57,150 bases of DNA from a virus (lineage: Duplodnaviria > Caudoviricetes). Where the stretch lies: the IMG/VR virus record IMGVR_UViG_3300032216_000715, positions 1 through 57,150 of that record; one strand, written 5' to 3'. The notes under the pieces are model-generated. The model ran no database searches. It saw only the letters and a program-made list of their open reading frames with translations, and had not been told where the DNA came from. This document shows, piece after piece, positions 1 to 6,639 of the stretch; positions within the stretch are counted from its first letter, which is position 1; each line of letters starts with the position of its first letter. A program made the position numbers and the translations under genes.

Positions 1-123
1 ATAACAAACCGCGAGGCCCGCAACCACGTCGAGCAGGGCGTGGAGTTCATCAACAACAACAAAACCCTCTGGGGCGAGTGGCGTGAGTATGGACCATACC
101 ACCCCGACAACGCAGCAGCCGAG
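1..123. repeat. Terminal direct repeat, copy 1 (identical to 57028-57150); circular assembly overlap
   Basis: First 123 nt (ataacaaacc...gcagccgag) are identical to the last 123 nt, and an ORF reads through the join. Confidence 0.95.
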
Positions 124-354
124 CGATGCTATTGCGTGTTCTCGTATAGCTATAACTGGCCGATACTGGTCTACTCCGATCAGACCGATAGCTGGTATAG
201 CAACGATGAGAATTATAGCCTCTCGACATCGCGGCACATGAGCCACACCAAACCTCGCGAGAAGGAAGTCCTGTCCGTCGGCTGCCGTGCCTTGATCGAA
301 TTGGTGGCAAACGGTGCCGTCGGCCAAGTCCGTAAGATCGTGGCCGAGGCTTGA
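1..354 (+). CDS. Hypothetical early protein, 3' part (true start GTG at 57010, across the join)
   Basis: Frame is open from GTG 57010 (MSKPKIITNREARNHVEQGVEF...) into ORF 40..354; GTGA overlap with the upstream stop. Confidence 0.75.
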   Translation: MTNREARNHVEQGVEFINNNKTLWGEWREYGPYHPDNAAAERCYCVFSYSYNWPILVYSDQTDSWYSNDENYSLSTSRHMSHTKPREKEVLSVGCRALIELVANGAVGQVRKIVAEA

Positions 355-379
355 CTTATCCCTAAACTACTGTTAACTT
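351..379 (+). promoter_or_regulatory. sigma70-type promoter with extended -10
   Basis: TTGACT-17nt-TAACTT with TG at 371-372; near copies at 2574 and 54871. Confidence 0.75.
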
Positions 380-415
380 ATTAACACTGAGCGACACCTC
401 GTTCAGCAATCAACC

Positions 416-435
416 TCTTAACTCAAGTTAATACG
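416..435 (+). promoter_or_regulatory. Early palindromic box (TCTTAACTCAAGTTAATACG)
   Basis: One of 8 copies; directly followed by AAGGAG and ATG 449. Confidence 0.85.
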
Positions 436-448
436 AAGGAGACCAACT

Positions 449-1435
449 ATGCGTCCGACACTTATCATCGAGCAACTCAAGGATGCTCACGCACTTCGCA
501 AGACCACATACATCACTGGCGCACCCGGCGGCGGCAAGACATCCGTTGTCAAGCAGGCTGCCCGCGAGATGGGCTTGCCGTTCACCCTCATCCATGTGCC
601 CACCATGAACCCTGAAGACTTGGGCGTCCCCAAGGTTGACGGCGACTGGCTGGAGTTCGCGCTGACGCAGCGCCTCCCGCTGGAGGGTAGCGACTGCCCC
701 GACGATGGCATCGTTATTCTTGACGAGTTACCGCAAGGCGACCACGCTGTGCAGAAGACGCTTGCCAACCTGCTGCTCGAACGCGAGGTGTATGGCCGCA
801 AGATCAAGGCTGGCTGGTCGTTCGTCGCCACTGGCAACCGCGAGAAAGATCGTGCCGGTGCTGGCCGTGTCCTGTCCCACCTGTATGGCCGCGTCACCGA
901 GATCGAGTATGAGACTTCGCTTGACGACTTCTCTGTCTGGGCGCTCGACAATGACGTTGACCCCGCCGTCATCCAGTTCGTGCGGTTCAAGCCCAACATG
1001 CTGCACGACCACGAGGGTGCGCGTAATCAGAACCCAACCCCGCGTGGCTGGAAGGACGTGTCCGACTACCTTGGCGTGGTGTCACCTGCCCGTGAGTTCG
1101 AGACCTTCAAAGGTATCGTCGGCGAGGGTGCTGCCGCTGAGTTCTCAGGGTTCCTTGGCATCTACCGCAAGCTGCCTAACCCTGATGCCGTCATCATGGA
1201 CCCGACAGGTTCCGAGGTTCCAGACGAGCCGTCTGTCCGCTACGCCATCGCTGGCGCACTGGCTCACCGTGCTACGCCTGACAACTTCGAGCCAATCCTG
1301 ACCTACATGCGGCGTATGCCTGCCGAGTTCTGCGTCATGACCATCCTCGATGCCAAGCGCAAAAACCCTGAGGTGCAGAACACCAATGCATTCATCGACT
1401 GGGCGACCAAGGAAGGCGTCAAGGTGCTGCTGTAA
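449..1435 (+). CDS. MoxR-like AAA+ ATPase
   Basis: Walker A GAPGGGKT, Walker B VILDE, ATGNR sensor-1-like and TPRGW sensor-2-like motifs; AAGGAG RBS. Confidence 0.9.
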   Translation: MRPTLIIEQLKDAHALRKTTYITGAPGGGKTSVVKQAAREMGLPFTLIHVPTMNPEDLGVPKVDGDWLEFALTQRLPLEGSDCPDDGIVILDELPQGDHAVQKTLANLLLEREVYGRKIKAGWSFVATGNREKDRAGAGRVLSHLYGRVTEIEYETSLDDFSVWALDNDVDPAVIQFVRFKPNMLHDHEGARNQNPTPRGWKDVSDYLGVVSPAREFETFKGIVGEGAAAEFSGFLGIYRKLPNPDAVIMDPTGSEVPDEPSVRYAIAGALAHRATPDNFEPILTYMRRMPAEFCVMTILDAKRKNPEVQNTNAFIDWATKEGVKVLL

Positions 1436-1445
1436 CGGCAGCACC

Positions 1446-1465
1446 TATTAACTCTAGTTAATTCA
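1446..1465 (+). promoter_or_regulatory. Early palindromic box (TATTAACTCTAGTTAATTCA)
   Basis: Intergenic, directly before AAGGAAGG RBS. Confidence 0.8.
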
Positions 1466-1481
1466 AAGGAAGGTATTACAC

Positions 1482-2336
1482 ATGACAAACATCTCCGAAC
1501 GTGCGCTGCTCGTTAGCGTAAACATCTCACAGTGGACTGCCCGCAAGCTCGACAAGCACGAGTCTGCCGAGGTCAGCCGCCGCAACAGCGCCATCGACGG
1601 TTCTGTCCGTGCCAACAAAGACCTGCTGCCCATGGCGCACAGCCTCAAGCAGGTTCACTCCGTGGTCGGCTCCATCCGCAACGAGTTCTACCGCACCACC
1701 GTGCCGTGGATGAACGACATGGGTATCATCAAGGCCGAGGGCTACCTCGCCTTCGCCAGCCGTATGGCAGAACGCAAGATCGAGTTCGACACTGCGGTTA
1801 ACAAGTTCCTTGGAGAGTATGAGGAGCTGCGTGAGGACGCCAAGTATCTGCTGGGTGGGCTGTATCGCGACGACGACTACCCATCGCCGGAAGCCATCGC
1901 TTCCAAGTTCAAGCTGGACGTGGGCTTCTACCCCGTGCCCGCACCAAGTGAGTGGGGTCGGCTGTCTCCACTGGCTGACATCGCTGACGGCATGGCGCAC
2001 CAACTGGCTGCCAAGTATGCCGAGCGTGAACGTGAGGCGACCAAGGTTGTGTGGGAGCGACTACATAAGCTGGTCTCCGCTGCACATAACACCTTAACAT
2101 CAGACAAGGGCCGTGTGCATGACACCCTGCTCGACAACGCCCGTGAGCTGTGTTCGATCATGCCATCGCTCAACATCTCCGATGACCCTACGCTTGAGAC
2201 CATGCGTCAGTCGCTTGAGGGTGCCATCGCAGGTGTAGACACTGAGGCGCTTCGCAAGGATGAGGTTGTGCGGTCTCAGGTGTCTGACAAGCTGGCCGAC
2301 ATCATGTCCAAGATGGGTGCCATGTATGGCAACTGA
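1482..2336 (+). CDS. Conserved phage helical protein (DUF3150-like), AAA-vWA module associated
   Basis: 284-aa ORF with RBS; N-terminus LLVSVNISQWTARKLDK resembles a family recalled next to phage AAA/vWA genes. Confidence 0.6.
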   Translation: MTNISERALLVSVNISQWTARKLDKHESAEVSRRNSAIDGSVRANKDLLPMAHSLKQVHSVVGSIRNEFYRTTVPWMNDMGIIKAEGYLAFASRMAERKIEFDTAVNKFLGEYEELREDAKYLLGGLYRDDDYPSPEAIASKFKLDVGFYPVPAPSEWGRLSPLADIADGMAHQLAAKYAEREREATKVVWERLHKLVSAAHNTLTSDKGRVHDTLLDNARELCSIMPSLNISDDPTLETMRQSLEGAIAGVDTEALRKDEVVRSQVSDKLADIMSKMGAMYGN

Positions 2337-2565
2337 CTGGCACTATCGTGAGTTCAAGGACGGCACCCAGCAATGGTTGCCGCTCCCTGAAGATCAGCAG
2401 GGATGGCCTCCAACGATATTGATCGAGAGGGATTTGCTCACGAAGCGCGAGTGGTTCATCGTGGACCGCACTGTTAGCCAATACGACAACTATCCCCCCA
2501 AGATAGCAGGGCCGTTCGATACCGCAGATGCAGCAAAGGCGGCGTTCATCATACGTTACTCATGA
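2326..2565 (+). CDS. Hypothetical protein (79 aa, MATDWHYREF...)
   Basis: ATG 2326 overlaps the upstream gene end; fills the gap before the next promoter. Confidence 0.6.
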   Translation: MATDWHYREFKDGTQQWLPLPEDQQGWPPTILIERDLLTKREWFIVDRTVSQYDNYPPKIAGPFDTADAAKAAFIIRYS

Positions 2566-2573
2566 GCGCCGCC

Positions 2574-2602
2574 TTGACTTATTAACACCTTACTGTTAAG
2601 GT
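2574..2602 (+). promoter_or_regulatory. sigma70-type promoter with extended -10
   Basis: TTGACT-17nt-TAAGGT, preceded by TG; similar to the 351 promoter. Confidence 0.75.
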
Positions 2603-2626
2603 ATATACACAATCAAGGAGACCAAC

Positions 2627-3742
2627 ATGCTAGACACCATCGAACGCATCAGCAAAGCCAAGTCCAAGCTGGTGCTTTACCATCCCTTCTTCGCATCGCT
2701 TATCTGTAACATGCCAATGACTGAGGACAACAACATCCCCACCATGGCGACCAACGGCAAGCGCATCCTGTTCAACCGCGAGTTCGTTGACGGCATGACC
2801 GATGACGAGTTGTTGTTCGTGCTGTGCCACGAGGTCGGCCACTGCATGTTCGGCCACATGTTCCGCCGTGGTCAGCGCAACCCACGCAAGTGGAACATCG
2901 CTGGCGATCACATCATCAACGACCTGCTCATCAACGATAAGGTCGGCACCATGCCAGCCGGTGGCTTACACAACGCGGCACTCATCGCCGCAGGTAACGG
3001 CACCACCGATGGCGTCTATGACCTGCTGCCTGACGATGACGGCGGTGACGGCGGTGACGGTTATGATGGCACAGGCATCGACCTGTGCGAGGACGCCGAG
3101 GGTGACGAGGCCGAGCGTTCTGCTGACGAGGCCAAGATGAAGGTGCAGATTGCTCAGGCTGCTCAGGCTGCCAAGATGCAGGGCAAGTTGTCCGCTGGCC
3201 TTGCCCGCCTTGTCGATCAGGTGTTGTCGCCGCAGGTGCCGTGGACTGACGTGCTTCGCCGCTTCGTCAATTCCAAGGCCAAGGTTGACTACAGCTATGC
3301 CCGCCCCAAGCGTAGGTTCCTTGCGTCTAACCTCTACCTGCCATCGCTCAACGGTGAACGCATCGGCGAGTTCGTGGTTGCCATCGACTGCTCCGGCTCC
3401 ATCGACGGTCCTACTCTCAACAAGTTCGCAGCAGAGCTTGTGTCTATCTTCTCAGAAGGTAGGCCAGCCAAGCTGCATGTCGTGTATTTCGACTCCGAGG
3501 TCGTGCATCACGATGAGTTCACGCCAGACGATGACATCCACATTGAGCCGCACGGTGGCGGTGGCACAGCGTTCTCACCGATCTTCGAGTTCGTCAGCGC
3601 ACAAGGCATCGACCCCGCAGGTTGCGTGGTTCTTACCGACCTGTGCTGCAACGACTTCGGCGACCAGCCGCACTACCCCGTGCTGTGGGTGAGCGACTAT
3701 TCCGACCAAGCCCCGTGGGGCGAAGTCATCAAGATCAATTAA
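2627..3742 (+). CDS. Zincin-like metallopeptidase fused to vWA domain (DUF2201-like)
   Basis: HEVGH (HExxH) motif, acidic linker, MIDAS DCSGS, GGGGTAF and VLTD motifs. Confidence 0.88.
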   Translation: MLDTIERISKAKSKLVLYHPFFASLICNMPMTEDNNIPTMATNGKRILFNREFVDGMTDDELLFVLCHEVGHCMFGHMFRRGQRNPRKWNIAGDHIINDLLINDKVGTMPAGGLHNAALIAAGNGTTDGVYDLLPDDDGGDGGDGYDGTGIDLCEDAEGDEAERSADEAKMKVQIAQAAQAAKMQGKLSAGLARLVDQVLSPQVPWTDVLRRFVNSKAKVDYSYARPKRRFLASNLYLPSLNGERIGEFVVAIDCSGSIDGPTLNKFAAELVSIFSEGRPAKLHVVYFDSEVVHHDEFTPDDDIHIEPHGGGGTAFSPIFEFVSAQGIDPAGCVVLTDLCCNDFGDQPHYPVLWVSDYSDQAPWGEVIKIN

Positions 3743-3756
3743 CTCAAGTTAATACG
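3737..3756 (+). promoter_or_regulatory. Early palindromic box (AATTAACTCAAGTTAATACG)
   Basis: Contains the TAA stop of the vWA gene and abuts AAGGAG of the next gene. Confidence 0.85.
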
Positions 3757-3769
3757 AAGGAGAAATATC

Positions 3770-4429
3770 ATGGCTACAGTGAAGATCACAGAAACAGTTC
3801 GCAACGACATCTCAGGTGTCATCGTCTCACAGTTCCAAACCCGCCGTAATCTCATCATGCAGCGCGCCATCCTCAATTCATCTGACGCGGAGTTCTTTCT
3901 GCAAAGCGTCATCAACCTGTGGCTGGAGGACAATGGGTCAACCCGCGCCAAGTTCGACGCCGTGCCCGTCGAGTCGTTCATCACAACCCGCCGCTGCCGT
4001 GTTCGCCGCCTCAACGGTGTCGATCTGAATGGCTTCGTTGACCTTAACGACTTCGCCCGCCAAATCCCTGTGCCTAACCCGTTCTCAGAATGGTCAGGCG
4101 TAAACTTGAACCTCGACGTAAGCAGCAACCAGTTCATTAAAGATGTTCTCGATAACGTGCGTGACGCACACACCGCGAAAGAAGCACTGGCTGCCGAGCA
4201 GACGCAGATGCACGAGGCTGTGAAGAAGGTGCTGGCTGCGTTCCCCACGCTCAACAGGGCCGTCGAGTACTGGCCCCCACTGGAGAGCCTGCTGACCAAC
4301 GACCTCAAGGATAAGCTGGCGAAGAAGATCGAGCGCAACAAATCTACCAAGGATTTGTCAGCCCTCGAAGACATATCGCTTGACAACCTCAACGTTTCTC
4401 TGGTCAGGAATAAACTGGCTACTGCATAG
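3770..4429 (+). CDS. Hypothetical protein (219 aa)
   Basis: AAGGAG RBS and phage-like codon usage. Confidence 0.75.
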   Translation: MATVKITETVRNDISGVIVSQFQTRRNLIMQRAILNSSDAEFFLQSVINLWLEDNGSTRAKFDAVPVESFITTRRCRVRRLNGVDLNGFVDLNDFARQIPVPNPFSEWSGVNLNLDVSSNQFIKDVLDNVRDAHTAKEALAAEQTQMHEAVKKVLAAFPTLNRAVEYWPPLESLLTNDLKDKLAKKIERNKSTKDLSALEDISLDNLNVSLVRNKLATA

Positions 4430-4454
4430 GACATAACACTTTAAGATGTTTGCA

Positions 4455-4604
4455 GGTGGCAAGGTTGTTCATTGCCTTGCCACCCCGCCAAGCCGGTTTG
4501 AGAGGCGGACATATCACCGGCAGTCTGATGATGAGTTTCCTTTCCTTGGAGATCAGACCGTCAGTCGGGGAGCTGCACCCATTGCAGTGACGTTAAACCC
4601 CGAC
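4455..4604 (+). ncRNA. Candidate structured RNA (four stems plus H-type pseudoknot)
   Basis: Perfect stems 4455-4464/4475-4484, 4485-4489/4504-4508, 4492-4497/4516-4521, 4523-4529/4552-4558 and 4564-4570/4598-4604. Confidence 0.5.
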
Positions 4605-4622
4605 ACCTTTAAGGAGATCAAT

Positions 4623-5384
4623 GTGGAATGGACTGAGGAAGCGATCAACGAAGCCGCAAGCCGCTATGAAGCAGGCATGTCTTTGGCACGGGTCGCAGAA
4701 CATATGGGCGTTACATACGCCGCGATTGATAAAGCCCTCCGCAAGGCAGGCGTTAAGTTACGTGGTTCAGGTCCTCAGGGTCCGAGACTTGAAGTTCCCC
4801 CTAAACTGCGGGAGGTATATGAGACCCTTGGCACAGTAGCCAGCGTTGCCCAGCATTACAGTGTTAAACCTGAGATCGTGTATCGTTGGCTTTCCCGCAT
4901 TGACGTTCGACCTAAGATGTCAAAACTTAAGCCAATCACTATCCCTCCCGACTGGAACGAAGTCGCGCCCGTTATGACACAGGCCGACCTGATGAGGCAC
5001 TACAATTGTGGTAGGGAGCGTATCTACCGACTGATGGCGGCGACAGGGGTTCAGCCCATGAAGCATGTCAACAAGCCGTCTACAGAAAAAACCGTGAGAG
5101 AGATGACGCCTAAGGTCGTTCGCTCAGGTTTACAGGAGCGCGAGGACTTGTCGCATTTGACAGGTTACGCCGAGGCAGCAGCACAGTTCTTACGCAGAAC
5201 ACATTCAAACGTCTTTAAGGCGAACATACGTTACAGCGACATTACGCCGGAGACGTGGGGGTTTCGACAAGGTTTGCCCAATGGTGGGCGGCAACAATAC
5301 TCCGTTAGCGGGGTAGGCATATTGTGGCTCGATGAGTTGATCGAGCTGGCAAAGAAACAAGGATGGAAGGAACCAAAGGTATGA
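4623..5384 (+). CDS. Multi-HTH DNA-binding protein
   Basis: GTG 4623 after AAGGAG; three HTH-like segments (SLARVAEHMGVTYAAI, TVASVAQHYSVKPEIVYRW, TQADLMRHYNCGRERIYR). Confidence 0.7.
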   Translation: MEWTEEAINEAASRYEAGMSLARVAEHMGVTYAAIDKALRKAGVKLRGSGPQGPRLEVPPKLREVYETLGTVASVAQHYSVKPEIVYRWLSRIDVRPKMSKLKPITIPPDWNEVAPVMTQADLMRHYNCGRERIYRLMAATGVQPMKHVNKPSTEKTVREMTPKVVRSGLQEREDLSHLTGYAEAAAQFLRRTHSNVFKANIRYSDITPETWGFRQGLPNGGRQQYSVSGVGILWLDELIELAKKQGWKEPKV

Positions 5385-5524
5385 AAAAATACGGAGACTA
5401 TCGAGATTATCTCAGAGGCAAGGGTCTGAACCCTGTAATCATTCAGCGCACCGCCAAGAAAGCTGGCGACCATGTGATCGTGTCGAGCTGCAAGCCTGTG
5501 TATATCGTAGGAGACTCAAAATGA
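5381..5524 (+). CDS. Small hypothetical protein (47 aa, MKKYGDYRDY...)
   Basis: Translated by hand; ATGA overlaps at both ends. Confidence 0.55.
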   Translation: MKKYGDYRDYLRGKGLNPVIIQRTAKKAGDHVIVSSCKPVYIVGDSK

Positions 5525-5616
5525 GCGGCCCAGACCTGCCACTGTTCTTCAGCATGATCGCGCTGCTGGTTACGACCGTATACCTGATCCTCACGAATGG
5601 AGATGCAAATGACTGA
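5521..5616 (+). CDS. 31-aa single-TM peptide (MSGPDLPLFFSMIALLVTTVYLILTNGDAND)
   Basis: GGAG RBS, ATGA coupling and a ~19-residue hydrophobic core. Confidence 0.5.
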   Translation: MSGPDLPLFFSMIALLVTTVYLILTNGDAND

Positions 5617-5929
5617 TACACCAAAAGATTGGGTGCTGATTGAAGCTGCGGATCGCGGCGGCTACCACTGGAAGGATCACAGCGTCAGGGAATTGCAAGA
5701 CTATTACGTGGAAGGCGACCACGACGACCTCTACCGCGCCCTGTGCGACATGATCGCCAAGCACGAACAGCCGCCCGTTGATCGCAAGCTGCTGTGTGCG
5801 CGGGAGGCTTGCGCGCAGCGTGATGCAAGCAAGGCGTATCAATACCACAACGGTGATCGTGACACCTATTCATGCGTTGAGGCAGCCGTCCGCGCCATCC
5901 ATCTTTATGAAGAGGGGTTTGGGAAATGA
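5609..5929 (+). CDS. Hypothetical protein
   Basis: ORF 5597..5929; start at 5609 fits the GGAG RBS. Confidence 0.65.
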   Translation: MTDTPKDWVLIEAADRGGYHWKDHSVRELQDYYVEGDHDDLYRALCDMIAKHEQPPVDRKLLCAREACAQRDASKAYQYHNGDRDTYSCVEAAVRAIHLYEEGFGK

Positions 5930-6069
5930 GCAATAGAGGGGAGTGTCCTGACTGCATCGACCGCATCGAAGCCCAAGCGGCAGAAATCGCGCAACTGAAA
6001 GAGCGCGTGAAGGAATTGGAGTATGAAGTCCAATGTGCCTACGAGGACATGGCAGGGGAAAACATCTAA
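5926..6069 (+). CDS. Small coiled-coil protein (47 aa, MSNRGECPDCIDRIEAQAAEIAQL...)
   Basis: Translated by hand; ATGA and TAATG coupling. Confidence 0.55.
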   Translation: MSNRGECPDCIDRIEAQAAEIAQLKERVKELEYEVQCAYEDMAGENI

Positions 6070-6230
6070 TGATCGAAGAACACATCGCCAAGCTGCGTGA
6101 GCATCAGCACTACTGCTGGAAAATGGCAGAGGTTTTCCTCAACAACGCAGACGCCCACGGCATCCACGACATGGGCGTCGAGATACAGGCCCTCCAACTG
6201 GCCATCCGCGAACTGGAGAAATTGAAATGA
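6069..6230 (+). CDS. Small hypothetical protein (53 aa)
   Basis: TAATG-coupled start within ORF 6033..6230. Confidence 0.6.
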   Translation: MIEEHIAKLREHQHYCWKMAEVFLNNADAHGIHDMGVEIQALQLAIRELEKLK

Positions 6231-6481
6231 ACGACAACACACCATCACAACCTGAAAACATGCCAGCGCCAACCGAGGAGAAGCCTCCCCGCTGGATTGC
6301 CAACATCAACTACCGCTTCGACGATGGCATCCGTGGCATCCTGATCGGCTTCGAGGAGTTCTCCGATCTGGGCCAAGTCATCGAGCAAGGCCCGCACTGG
6401 GACAGCGTTGTAGATATAACTGTTCAGCGTTTGCGTGACGCCGATGAAACCATGACCGTGCAAAAAGGGGCATCACTGTGA
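6227..6481 (+). CDS. Hypothetical protein (84 aa)
   Basis: ATGA coupling and GGAG RBS. Confidence 0.65.
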   Translation: MNDNTPSQPENMPAPTEEKPPRWIANINYRFDDGIRGILIGFEEFSDLGQVIEQGPHWDSVVDITVQRLRDADETMTVQKGASL

Positions 6482-6639
6482 GCAAGGGCAAGAAGAAAGC
6501 GAAGACCGCTGCTGGACAGGTCAAGCCGTTGCCGAAGCGCCCACCGTTTCGCAAGACATGCACCACCTGCCGCTCAAGCTGGCTGGGTGATCTGCTGTAT
6601 AGCTGCGGACATGACACCCTCGTAGAGTCGGACATTTAA
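6478..6639 (+). CDS. Small basic protein with possible Zn site (53 aa)
   Basis: GTG 6478: MSKGKKKAKT...CTTC...CGH; stop overlaps the polymerase ATG (TAATG). Confidence 0.55.
   Translation: MSKGKKKAKTAAGQVKPLPKRPPFRKTCTTCRSSWLGDLLYSCGHDTLVESDI

Noticed and set aside
1-123. Terminal repeat as the biological DTR of the virion
   Set aside because: It falls mid-gene and the ORF reads through the join; more consistent with assembler overlap of a circular contig
416-435. Palindromic box as a CtrA site
   Set aside because: Spacing is TTAA-N6-TTAA, whereas CtrA needs N7. Only one-mismatch N7 sites were noticed (362-377, 52883-52897), too weak to call
429-441. TAATACGA resembling the start of a T7 promoter
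   Set aside because: No CTCACTATAG continuation and no single-subunit RNA polymerase gene seen
4523-4560. Hammerhead ribozyme (CTGATGA core)
   Set aside because: No correctly placed GAAA and stem II/III architecture
4446-4622. N-terminal extension of ORF 4446..5384
   Set aside because: No SD at 4446, a strong AAGGAG before GTG 4623, and the region is better explained by RNA stems
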